The translations under genes and the position numbers were made by a program. A stretch of DNA of 64,000 bases from Candidatus Omnitrophota bacterium (lineage in GTDB: Bacteria > Omnitrophota > Gorgyraeia > Aquiviventales > Aquiviventaceae). Each line of letters begins with the position of its first letter. The stretch's first letter is position 1. The notes below the pieces were generated by a model, which was not told the DNA's origin, did not search any database, and saw only the letters and a program-made list of their open reading frames with translations. Below, one piece after another: positions 35,088-44,208 of this stretch. Where the stretch lies: contig JACPTX010000053.1 of the NCBI GenBank assembly GCA_016192545.1, positions 1,129 through 65,128 of the forward strand, written 5' to 3'.

Positions 35088-36833
35088 ATGCGCAGTCTCC
35101 GTCGGTTTCTTCGGTACGTGCGTCCCTACCGCAAACTCATCGGGCTCGCGGTCGGCTTCGGGGTGGTGCGCTACCTCATCCCGCTCGTCCTGCCCTGGAC
35201 CCTCAAGGTGCTGGTGGACGATTTCCTGGCCCCCGGCGCCGCTCGGCCGCACCGGGAACTCCACCTCCTCATGGCCGGGCTGTGCGGGCTGTACGCGGTG
35301 TATGCCGTCGTGAGCTACCTGCGCTCGTACCTGGCGGGCCTGGCCGGCCACCGCATCATCTTCGACCTGCGCGAGCAGCTTTATCTCCACGTGCAGCGCA
35401 TGAGCCTGAGCTTCTTCGACCGGCAGAAGATCGGCGCGGTCGTCGCGCGCATGACGGTGGACATCGCCTCGGCGCAGAACTTCGTCGGCTCCGCGCTCGT
35501 CAACACCGCGATGGACCTGTCGTGCGTGGCGGTCATCATCGGCCTGCTCTTCGCCGCGCACCCCAAGCTGGCGCTCGTGTCGCTGTCGGTCATCCCCTGC
35601 TACGTCGTCATCAGCTACGCCCTCACCAAGCGCATCCGGCTCAAGAGCCGCGAGATGCACCGCCAGCTCCAGGACATCTCCGGCGACCTGCACGAGCAGT
35701 TCGCCGCCATCTCGACAATCCAGGCCTTCACGCAGGAGGAGGCGGAGGCCCGCGGGTTCCGCGAGCTGAACGAGCGCTACCTCGGCACGGTGCTGTCCAG
35801 CGTGAAGCTCCAGTCCATCGCCCTCGGCGCGACCGGGTTCCTGACCGCCCTGGGGCCGATCCTCGTCTTGTGGGTCGGCGTGGTGGAGGTGTGGGCCGGG
35901 CGGCTCTCCGTCGGCACGCTGATGGCCTTCTACGCCTATCTCGGCATGCTCTATCAGCCCATCCAGCGGCTGACCGAGCTCAACCTCATCCTCACGAACT
36001 CGCTGGCTGCGATGGACCGCATCTTCGAGGTGTTCGACACCTACCCGGAGGTGCAGGAGCGGCCGAACGCGAAGGCCCTGGGGCGGGGGCGGGGCGACGT
36101 CGCGTTTGAGGGGGTCACGTTCCGCTACGCGGGGCGCGGGCCGGTGCTGGAGGATTTCTCGCTGGCCATCCCCGCTGGCTCCACCGTCGCGCTGGTCGGC
36201 CCCAGCGGGGCGGGCAAGTCCACCCTCGTCAAGCTGCTCGTGCGGTTCTATGACGTGAGCGGGGGCCGCGTGACGATTGACGGCATCGACACGCGGGAAG
36301 TCACGCTGAAATCGCTGCGGCAGCAGATCGCCATCGTGCCGCAGGAGCCGATCCTGTTCTCCGGCACCGTCGCGGAAAACCTGCGCTACGGGCGGCCGAA
36401 CGCGACCGATGCGGAGATCCGGCAGGCCGCCCGCGCGGCGTTTGCGGACAGCTTCATCGAGCGGCTGCCCGAGGGCTATGAGACGGAGGTGGGCGAGCGC
36501 GGCGTCAAGCTGTCAGGCGGGCAGAAACAGCGCCTGGCGATTGCGCGGGCGTTCCTGCGGGACGCGCCGATCGTGATCCTGGACGAGCCGACCTCGGCGC
36601 TGGACGCCGAGTCCGAGGAGCTGATCAAGCGGGCGCTGCAGGAGCTCCTGAAACATCGCACCGCGCTCATCATCGCGCACCGGCTCTCGACCATCGAGCA
36701 TGCGGACCGCGTCGTCGTGATTGACGACGGGCGCCTCATCGAGCAGGGCCGCCATGAGGAGCTCCTGAAATCCCCGGCCAGCCTCTACCGCCGCTACGCC
36801 TCCCGCCAGTTCGCTTCAAACTTGCTTGCCTAG
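35088..36833 (+). CDS. ABC transporter, fused permease/ATPase (MsbA-like lipid/multidrug exporter)
   Basis: Six-TM ABC_membrane domain plus NBD with Walker A GPSGAGKST, signature LSGGQKQR and Walker B IVILDEPTSALD. Start at 35088 (MRSLRRFLRYVRPY); ATG 35070 is the alternative. Confidence 0.9.
   Translation: MRSLRRFLRYVRPYRKLIGLAVGFGVVRYLIPLVLPWTLKVLVDDFLAPGAARPHRELHLLMAGLCGLYAVYAVVSYLRSYLAGLAGHRIIFDLREQLYLHVQRMSLSFFDRQKIGAVVARMTVDIASAQNFVGSALVNTAMDLSCVAVIIGLLFAAHPKLALVSLSVIPCYVVISYALTKRIRLKSREMHRQLQDISGDLHEQFAAISTIQAFTQEEAEARGFRELNERYLGTVLSSVKLQSIALGATGFLTALGPILVLWVGVVEVWAGRLSVGTLMAFYAYLGMLYQPIQRLTELNLILTNSLAAMDRIFEVFDTYPEVQERPNAKALGRGRGDVAFEGVTFRYAGRGPVLEDFSLAIPAGSTVALVGPSGAGKSTLVKLLVRFYDVSGGRVTIDGIDTREVTLKSLRQQIAIVPQEPILFSGTVAENLRYGRPNATDAEIRQAARAAFADSFIERLPEGYETEVGERGVKLSGGQKQRLAIARAFLRDAPIVILDEPTSALDAESEELIKRALQELLKHRTALIIAHRLSTIEHADRVVVIDDGRLIEQGRHEELLKSPASLYRRYASRQFASNLLA
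36783..36814 (+). repeat. 32-bp direct repeat, copy 1, flanking the TA cassette
   Basis: ctctaccgccgctacgcctcccgccagttcgc matches 37411..37442 (ctctcccgccgctacgcctcccgccagttcgc) with one mismatch. Encodes ...YRRYASRQFA at the end of the ABC gene. Confidence 0.9.
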
Positions 36834-36842
36834 CTCGTCAAA

Positions 36843-37121
36843 CTAGTAGGCCCGCCCGCGATGATCCGCCGTAACCATGCACACCAGCCGCTGGCGTTCA
36901 TCAATCGTGTAGAAAAACCGGTAATCGCCGATGCGGTACCGCCAGGTCTCAGGCGTGAAGTCCCGGAGCTTCTTGATATGAGGGCCGACATAAGGGTTGT
37001 TCCGAAGCTGCGGGTAGACGAAAGCGAGGAGTTTCTGCTGAATCCGGGCCCGCTGGCCTCCAAAATCCTGCTCAAGATCCTTGAGGAATTGGGCGGTTTC
37101 GAAGACGCGGAACTCAGCCAA
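36843..37121 (-). CDS. Type II toxin, RelE/ParE family
   Basis: 92 aa. ...KKLRDFTPETWRYRIGDYRFFYTIDERQRLVCMVTADHRGRAY, the typical RelE/ParE C-terminal pattern. Overlaps the upstream antitoxin by 8 nt. Confidence 0.8.
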   Translation of the reverse strand: MAEFRVFETAQFLKDLEQDFGGQRARIQQKLLAFVYPQLRNNPYVGPHIKKLRDFTPETWRYRIGDYRFFYTIDERQRLVCMVTADHRGRAY

Positions 37122-37359
37122 CGAGCCGGCCCTTCCGGCGCTGGGCGTCCCGGCGCCCGGCCTGCAGCTTGGCCATCAGGCGCTGGTCGGAGCGGATCTG
37201 CGCCATTTCGACGGCATCCACGTAGTCGCCTTCCTCGATGCCCTTGATGACCAGCGTCGTCATAAAGTTCGACAGTGGCCGCCGCTCCAGCTTCGCGCTG
37301 GCGGCGATTTTCCGGTAGTCCTCATCCGACAGCCGAACCGTCACGACTTTTGCCATCAT
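37114..37359 (-). CDS. Type II antitoxin, ribbon-helix-helix (CopG-like)
   Basis: 81 aa with N-terminal KVVTVRLSDEDYRKIAASAKLERRPLSNFM, the RHH pattern. AGGAGG lies upstream. Confidence 0.75.
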   Translation of the reverse strand: MMAKVVTVRLSDEDYRKIAASAKLERRPLSNFMTTLVIKGIEEGDYVDAVEMAQIRSDQRLMAKLQAGRRDAQRRKGRLVG

Positions 37360-37377
37360 CCCTCCTGATTCATATAT

Positions 37378-37406
37378 AGTCTATCATATTCTTTTATATT
37401 CGTCAA
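37378..37406 (-). promoter_or_regulatory. Candidate promoter/operator of the TA cassette
   Basis: Minus strand reads TTGACG, 17-nt spacer, TAGACT in an AT-rich patch with repeated ATATGA motifs, followed by AGGAGG and the antitoxin ATG. Confidence 0.5.
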
Positions 37407-37410
37407 CGAA

Positions 37411-37442
37411 CTCTCCCGCCGCTACGCCTCCCGCCAGTTCGC
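37411..37442 (+). repeat. 32-bp direct repeat, copy 2, flanking the TA cassette
   Basis: See 36783..36814. Read in the ABC-gene frame it continues ...RRYASRQFALSPTESGRRG-stop, a plausible ancestral 3' end. Confidence 0.9.
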
Positions 37443-37444
37443 GC

Positions 37445-38899
37445 TCAGCCCGACGGAGTCCGGGCGACGCGGGTGACGATCTCGTAGAGCATCCGGACCA
37501 TCAGACGGAACTGCTCGACGTCAATGCGCTCGTTGTGGCCGTGGATCAGGTCGAGATCCTCGGGCGCAAGGATGAGCGGCTCAAAGCCGTAGGCGATCGC
37601 CCCTTTGGCGCGGAAGAAACGCGAGTCGGTCCCGCCCGGCAGCAGCGACGGCACCACCACCGCCTGCGGGTAGAACTGCTTGACGACCTCTTCGATCGCG
37701 CGGAAGAGCGCGGTGTCGCTCGTCGCCTCGACGGTGGGCTCCGCGGGTTGATACGTCACCTCCACGCTCACCCGCTCATCCCCCAGCACCTGCTTGAGGC
37801 GCGCCAGGAAATCCGGCACGGACCCTCCGGGGAGCAAGCGGCAATCCAGGGTCGCGGCCGCCTCTGAGGGGATCACGTTGACCTTGGGCGGCGTGCCGAC
37901 CCCCGCCTGAAACGATGTCAGCGTGATGGTGTTCTTGGTGATGGCATTGGTGTAGCGGTTGTCCGCCAGCGCGCCGAGCTTCGCCCGCATCTCGGAGACG
38001 ATGGGGTGGTCGCCGGCTTCCTCCAACTCGGCCCGCCTGGCCATCAGGCGAGCCAGCGCCTGCTGAAGAATTTCCACAGGATTGTCGCCCGTCGGCATGG
38101 AGCCGTGCCCGCCGGTGCCGCGCGCGACGAGCTTCAGCCATACGACCTGTTTCTCGCTCACCGACGGCGCAAAGACGGTGCGGGCATCCGGGCTGAGCAG
38201 GCCGCGCGAGCCGGAGCCGCCCTCATCAATGACGAACTCCGGGTCCATCAGGGCGTAGTGATGCTCGGCCATCCACTTCGCGCCCATGGTGCCGCCGATT
38301 TCCTCGTCGCAGACCGCCAGCCACAGCACGTCGCGGGACAGCTTCACGCCGTCCTGCTTGAGACGGATCAGCGTCATCAGCCCGGCGATGCCCATGTGCT
38401 TCATGTCGAGCGCGCCGCGGCCCCAGATGGCGTCATCCACAATTTCGCCGCCGAACGGGTCCTGCCCTGAGAAATCGCGCGAACGCGATTTCCAGGACTC
38501 AGTCCCGGACCCCCCTTCTTGCTTTCGCAAGAAAGCAGGGGGGTCACGGGGCTGCCACCTCTCCATTTCCACCGGCACGACATCCATGTGATTGAGCAGG
38601 AGGATCGGCTTCGCTCGCGCCTTCCCCTTCGCGGGCAGACGGGCCAGGACGTTGACCTTGCCGGCCGCCTCATCCGCGATGAAGACCTCGTGGTTGATGC
38701 CGGCCTTGCGCAGGATGCCGGTCAGGAAGGCGGCCGCCTTCGTGACGTCGCCGGGCGGGTTGGAGGTGTCGATGCGGAGGTACTGCTGGAGATAGCCGAC
38801 GGCCTGGTCAAGGGCGGTGTCCCATTCCGGGGACTTCGCGGAAGCAACCGTAGGAAGCATGAGACCGAGCGCGACCAGAGCTAACCCAAAAACTCGCAT
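37445..38899 (-). CDS. Secreted M20 family metallopeptidase (ArgE/DapE/CPG2-like)
   Basis: Signal peptide MRVFGLALVALGLMLPTVASA from internal ATG 38899. Contains LLNHMDVVPV, WGRGALDMKH, CDEEIGG and GGTDSRFF. Confidence 0.85.
   Translation of the reverse strand: MRVFGLALVALGLMLPTVASAKSPEWDTALDQAVGYLQQYLRIDTSNPPGDVTKAAAFLTGILRKAGINHEVFIADEAAGKVNVLARLPAKGKARAKPILLLNHMDVVPVEMERWQPRDPPAFLRKQEGGSGTESWKSRSRDFSGQDPFGGEIVDDAIWGRGALDMKHMGIAGLMTLIRLKQDGVKLSRDVLWLAVCDEEIGGTMGAKWMAEHHYALMDPEFVIDEGGSGSRGLLSPDARTVFAPSVSEKQVVWLKLVARGTGGHGSMPTGDNPVEILQQALARLMARRAELEEAGDHPIVSEMRAKLGALADNRYTNAITKNTITLTSFQAGVGTPPKVNVIPSEAAATLDCRLLPGGSVPDFLARLKQVLGDERVSVEVTYQPAEPTVEATSDTALFRAIEEVVKQFYPQAVVVPSLLPGGTDSRFFRAKGAIAYGFEPLILAPEDLDLIHGHNERIDVEQFRLMVRMLYEIVTRVARTPSG
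38462..38545. repeat. 84-bp in-frame triple-hairpin insertion inside the M20 peptidase gene
   Basis: Three hairpins: GAAATCGCGcgaaCGCGATTTC, CCAGGACTcAGTCCCGG and CCCCCCTTCTTGCtttcGCAAGAAagcaGGGGGG. GGGTC direct repeats lie 84 bp apart (38457 and 38541). Removal restores ERWQPRDPFGGEIVDDAIWGRG, the usual W..DPF motif. Confidence 0.65.
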
Positions 38900-38924
38900 G
38901 ACACAACTAGCATTATACAAGCAC

Positions 38925-38969
38925 AAAAAGTGACAGTCACTTTTTCCAAAAAAAGTGACTGTCACTTTT
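38925..38969. repeat. Paired AAAAGTGACWGTCACTTTT palindromic repeats (family 2)
   Basis: AAAAAGTGACAGTCACTTTTT-cc-AAAAAAAGTGACTGTCACTTTT in the divergent intergenic region. The same family occurs at 58460-58518. Confidence 0.9.
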
Positions 38970-38994
38970 CGGGGTGTGGTAAGATGGTCGGACA

Positions 38995-39246
38995 ATGGCG
39001 CTGAAAATCGCGGTGGTCAGCGTGATCTGCTTCCTCGTCAACGTCCCGCTGGGGATGTGGCGGGAGCACACGAAGAAGTTCTCCTGGCAGTGGATCGTCG
39101 CGATCCACGCCTCGATCCCCCTCATCATCGCGCTGCGCATCGGCCTGCAGCTGCCTCTCATCGCCATCCCCATCAACATCGCCGCGGCCATCCTCGGCCA
39201 GGCGGTGGGCGCCCGCTCCGAAAAGAAAAAGCGGCAGACCGCCTAA
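38995..39246 (+). CDS. Small integral membrane protein, unknown function
   Basis: 83 aa with two or three hydrophobic helices and a basic C-terminus. Codon usage is host-like. No recognised family. Confidence 0.45.
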   Translation: MALKIAVVSVICFLVNVPLGMWREHTKKFSWQWIVAIHASIPLIIALRIGLQLPLIAIPINIAAAILGQAVGARSEKKKRQTA

Positions 39247-39256
39247 GGTCTGCCGC
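39231..39256 (-). terminator. Intrinsic terminator downstream of the TPR-protein gene
   Basis: GCGGCAGACC-gcctaa-GGTCTGCCGC. On the minus strand it is followed by TTTTTCTTTT. Confidence 0.7.
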
Positions 39257-39283
39257 TTCCCGATCTCCGGCAGGGCTGTTGTT

Positions 39284-40876
39284 TCACCGCTGAGGGCGAG
39301 GGGCTGTGGTCGCGGCCAGCTCCGGGTAGTCCTGGAGCATGCGGGCGAACTCGGCGGGGTGCCGCCGTGCCATATCGGCCATCGCCTCCGCCAGTTCCCG
39401 CTGCCGCCCGCTCTGGTAGTAGGCCAGGACGAGGAGCTGTTGTGTCTCGGGATCGTCCGGCGCATAGGCCAGCGCGCGCTGATAGTTCTCAACCGCCCAG
39501 TCGAAGCGGCTGCCGAGGTAGATCCCGATGCGCTTGTAGACCTCGGCCCGCTGCGCATCCGTGATCGGCAGGGCGCGCTCGTACGCTTCGAACGGCTTGA
39601 GGCGGTCCCAGCGCCAAGCGCACCGCTGCGTAAACGGCTTCAGCGGCGCGAGCGTTTCGAGGAACGTGCGGGCCAGCAGATAGTACCCGTAGGCGTCCAG
39701 GTGACAGTTGTCGACGACGTGCTGGCGGCCGATCAGGCCGTCGGAACTGGTGCGCAGGAACGCCTCCCGGAACTCGACGAGCGGCAGACCGAACTCCTGC
39801 GCGATCTGCCGGAGGTCGTCGTTGAGCCTGGGGGAGTCCCGGTTGGGCAGGGCGTCCAGCTCGATGGCCTCCGCGAAGGCCCGCTGGGCCGCTTCGGTGC
39901 GGCCCAGCCGCCTCAGGCACGTGCCCAGGTCGAAGGCCGCCGAGGCGTACTGCGGATCGAGCGCGCGCGCCGACTCCAACAGGGGGATGGCGTCGGCCCA
40001 GCGCCCGGCGCCGACGTGCGCCCGCGCCGCCTCATAGGCCGCCTCCCAGGCGCGCAGGGCCTCCGCGTCCATCCCCGCCCGGTGGACGGACCGCGACGGG
40101 GGAAACTCCGCCTCGTTGGACACGAACGTGGAGAGCAGGCACGCCACGCCGGCCTGCCGGGTCAGTTCGTACATCGTCCGAAGGTTGCGCCGGGCGTTGG
40201 CCTCGATCCACTGCTTCTTCTCGCTTCCGGGCAACACGAGATCCTCGTCGGTGGGACGCTTGACGAGGCCCAGCCGACGCCCGGTCAGGCGGGAGTCCAT
40301 CGCCTTCCGCACGACCCGGAGGCGGTCGCGTCCCTGTTCGATCCAGTCCTCCGCCAGCCGCACGAAGTGGCTGCGCCGCATCCACTCCTTCACCCTGTAG
40401 GCCTGCTGGTGCTTCTTCGTGTTGATCGTCAGGCCCTCGTTGTGCGCCGCGTACACGAAGAAGACGTCCGGTTCGTACCGCAGGGCCCGCCGCATGCGCG
40501 CCACGATTTCATCGGTCCCGCGCCCGTCCCGAGAGAAATTCACGATCCGCCAGCGTCCGGCCTGCCCCGGCTGGAGTCCTGCTGCGGCCGGGGCCTGCGC
40601 GTCCGCCGGGCAGAGATCCAGCAGGAGCGTCCGGATCCATATCTGCGGGCTGGCGTACTGCCTGAAGTAGGCCCCGTTCATGGTGGAGCCCCCGAAGAGG
40701 AAGACCCGGATCTCTCCGGGAGGCTTCGGCTCCTGGAGGCGCTCGGCAAGGACGAGTTGGGTGAAGGAGTCGGGCGGGGCGCGGCGCAGGACGGCCCAGG
40801 CGCCGAGCTCCACAATCCCGAGCAGGAGGACCCACGTCCCTCCCACTGCCAGCCACTTGAGGAAAGGCCGCGTCAT
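39284..40876 (-). CDS. Membrane-anchored TPR-repeat protein with SGNH-hydrolase-like N-terminal region
   Basis: 530 aa with N-terminal TM helix, IRVFLFGGSTMNG (weak SGNH block I) and C-terminal TPR-like repeats (RWADAIPLLESARALDPQYASAAFDLGTCLRRLGRTEAAQRAFAEAIELD). Function is uncertain. Confidence 0.55.
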   Translation of the reverse strand: MTRPFLKWLAVGGTWVLLLGIVELGAWAVLRRAPPDSFTQLVLAERLQEPKPPGEIRVFLFGGSTMNGAYFRQYASPQIWIRTLLLDLCPADAQAPAAAGLQPGQAGRWRIVNFSRDGRGTDEIVARMRRALRYEPDVFFVYAAHNEGLTINTKKHQQAYRVKEWMRRSHFVRLAEDWIEQGRDRLRVVRKAMDSRLTGRRLGLVKRPTDEDLVLPGSEKKQWIEANARRNLRTMYELTRQAGVACLLSTFVSNEAEFPPSRSVHRAGMDAEALRAWEAAYEAARAHVGAGRWADAIPLLESARALDPQYASAAFDLGTCLRRLGRTEAAQRAFAEAIELDALPNRDSPRLNDDLRQIAQEFGLPLVEFREAFLRTSSDGLIGRQHVVDNCHLDAYGYYLLARTFLETLAPLKPFTQRCAWRWDRLKPFEAYERALPITDAQRAEVYKRIGIYLGSRFDWAVENYQRALAYAPDDPETQQLLVLAYYQSGRQRELAEAMADMARRHPAEFARMLQDYPELAATTAPRPQR

Positions 40877-40929
40877 CCGGGACGGCTGCAGGGGTGTCGC
40901 ACGACTTCGGCGGAGGGGTTCGAATGCCG

Positions 40930-42078
<1,149 letters not shown>

Positions 42079-42090
42079 GCTTCCTCCAAA

Positions 42091-42103
42091 GGGGTCAGAC
42101 CCC
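42091..42103. repeat. Single GGGGTCAGACCCC repeat between the DsrE-like and moeZ-like genes
   Basis: Read directly in a 29-nt intergenic gap. Confidence 0.85.
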
Positions 42104-42107
42104 TCCC

Positions 42108-42521
42108 TTAAAACGTCAGCACTTTCTCGGCGGCGGCCACGTCTTCCAGCAGGAAGGCGGGCAGGCCGCGCACGTCGTCGATTTCCGGAATCAGCTCCTC
42201 GCGCTTGAGGCCGCTGAGGGCCAGCGACGAGCTGCAGGCATACAGCTTCACGTCGCCGGACTCCTTGATCTGCCGCAGGCACGCCTGCAGGTCGTCGAGC
42301 TCATGCTTCTTGAGCCGCTGGGCCAGCGCGTCCTGCTGGGCGCGGTAGCCGTCCGAGAACTCCAGCCGTTTGATCCCCTCGGTCGTCAGGCGGAACAGCG
42401 ACTCGTCGCGGAACAGGACCCGCGCCTTGAGCTCCGAGTGGACCGCCGCCATCAGCAACGTGACCACCTGGACCAGGTTGTTCGTGCTGCCTTGTGAGAC
42501 GATGATGGCTAAAGATTTCAT
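42108..42521 (-). CDS. DsrE/DsrF-like family protein
   Basis: 137 aa from ATG 42521 (MKSLAIIVSQGS...LYACSSSL...). Small alpha/beta protein resembling DsrE-type sulfur-relay proteins. Assignment is tentative. Confidence 0.5.
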   Translation of the reverse strand: MKSLAIIVSQGSTNNLVQVVTLLMAAVHSELKARVLFRDESLFRLTTEGIKRLEFSDGYRAQQDALAQRLKKHELDDLQACLRQIKESGDVKLYACSSSLALSGLKREELIPEIDDVRGLPAFLLEDVAAAEKVLTF

Positions 42522-42524
42522 CGA

Positions 42525-42537
42525 GGGGTCTGACCCC
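42525..42537. repeat. Single GGGGTCTGACCCC repeat between the sulfite reductase and DsrE-like genes
   Basis: Fills most of the 17-nt intergenic gap. The ORF-track N-terminal extension MMGSDPS is repeat-derived. Confidence 0.85.
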
Positions 42538-42538
42538 A

Positions 42539-44203
42539 TCAATACACCGGGCCTTCGGATTCAGGGACTTTGGGCACCTCGACGCCTTCAGCCGACGGCA
42601 GCGGCTTGCCGTCCGTCAGCAGCTTGACCAGCTCCGCGTCGCCGACCCGCGCGCAGAAGCCGTTGAACGGCTCGCCCGGCTTGCGCTGCTTCAGATAACC
42701 GCGCAGGAGCTGCTCCAGGCGCCTGGCGCATTCCGCAGCCGGCACCTTGCGGATGATCGGATGGTTGAACGACGCGCCCTGCCCGAGTTGCCCGCCGACG
42801 AAGATATCGTAGGCGTCCACGACCTGCCCGTCCACCTTGGTCTTGGAGCCCATCAGGCCGATGTGGCCGATCTGGTGCTGCGCGCAGGCATTCGGGCATC
42901 CGGTGATATGGAGGCGCAGCGGCTCATCCAGCGGCACGCGCGATTCCAGGTACTCGACGATCTGCCGCGAGCGCGCCTTGGTCTCGGTGATGGCCAGCTT
43001 GCAGAACTCGGTGCCGGTGCAGGTCACGACGCTGCGGCGCACCGGATGCGCGTTGACCGACAGCCCGGCCTCGGCCAGGCCCGCGAGGACCCTGTCCACG
43101 TGCGATTCGGCGACGTTGAGGACCACGAGGTTCTGCCGGTTGGTGAGCCGGATCGGGGTGCCGGTCGTCTTCGCGTCGGGGTCGCTGTAGCGCTCCGCCA
43201 GGTCCGCGACCTTGGAGAGCTGCCGGCTCGTGATGCGCCCGACGAGGACCGGCGCCCCGACATAGTAGTAGCCGGACTGCTTCTGCGCGTGGACCCCGAC
43301 GTGGTCCCGGTATTGGTCCGGCGGGTCCTGATACGCGGCCTCGGCGTCCGCCAGCGTCCAACCCAGCCGTTCCTCGACCGCCTGGCGGAACCTCTCCGCT
43401 CCCCAGTCATGGATGAGGTACTTGATGCGCGCGTGGTGGCGCTTCTCGCGGTACTCCGGCGTGTCGCGCCAGACCGCGGTGACCGCGGCGACGACCGGCA
43501 CGACCTGGTCAGGCTTGACGAACGCGCCAAGGCGCTGGCCGAAGAACGCCTGGGTCGACAGCCCCCCGCCGACGCGCAGGTCGAAACCCGGCTCAGTCTT
43601 GCCGTTGACCGGCTGTTCCGCCCCCACCAGCGCCACGCACTGAATCTCCGGATGGACGCAGCGGCTGCGGCAGGCGCTCACGGAGATTTTGTATTTCCGG
43701 GGCAGGTTCGCGAAGTCCCGGTTGCCGAGGAAAAAGTCGCTGAGCTGCCGGGCGACCGGGCCGGTGTCGAACAGCTCCTCGCGATCCACCCCGGCGACCG
43801 GACAGCCCACGACGTTGCGCGCGATGTCGCCGCAGGCCCCGAGCGTCGAGATGCCGGCCGCCTTGAGGCGCTCCAGGATCGCGAGCAGATCGTTCGTGCG
43901 GCACCAATGGAGCTGGAAGTCCTGGCGCGTCGTGATGTCGGCGAAGCCGCGGTTCTGCGTCTCGGCGATGTCCGCGATCGTCCGCGCCTGCTCGACCGTG
44001 ACGTAGCCGTTGGGCTGCTTGGTGCGGAGCATGAAGTAGCCCTTCTCATGCCGGTGGGTATAGAGCCCGTACCACTTGCACAAAAACAGGTCGTCCTCGG
44101 TGAGCGTTTCAACCCCTTCGGAGGCCGCCCGCTTGACGGCGTCGATCACCTTGAATGGATCGCCGATTTGCTGCTTGATGAGCTCTGATTTGTTAGGCGC
44201 CAT
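42539..44203 (-). CDS. Ferredoxin-dependent sulfite/nitrite reductase (siroheme-[4Fe-4S])
   Basis: 554 aa with two NIR_SIR half-domains and the cluster-binding Cys motif TCTGTEFCKLA...ITGCPNACAQH. Confidence 0.85.
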   Translation of the reverse strand: MAPNKSELIKQQIGDPFKVIDAVKRAASEGVETLTEDDLFLCKWYGLYTHRHEKGYFMLRTKQPNGYVTVEQARTIADIAETQNRGFADITTRQDFQLHWCRTNDLLAILERLKAAGISTLGACGDIARNVVGCPVAGVDREELFDTGPVARQLSDFFLGNRDFANLPRKYKISVSACRSRCVHPEIQCVALVGAEQPVNGKTEPGFDLRVGGGLSTQAFFGQRLGAFVKPDQVVPVVAAVTAVWRDTPEYREKRHHARIKYLIHDWGAERFRQAVEERLGWTLADAEAAYQDPPDQYRDHVGVHAQKQSGYYYVGAPVLVGRITSRQLSKVADLAERYSDPDAKTTGTPIRLTNRQNLVVLNVAESHVDRVLAGLAEAGLSVNAHPVRRSVVTCTGTEFCKLAITETKARSRQIVEYLESRVPLDEPLRLHITGCPNACAQHQIGHIGLMGSKTKVDGQVVDAYDIFVGGQLGQGASFNHPIIRKVPAAECARRLEQLLRGYLKQRKPGEPFNGFCARVGDAELVKLLTDGKPLPSAEGVEVPKVPESEGPVY

Positions 44204-44208
44204 CGGGC

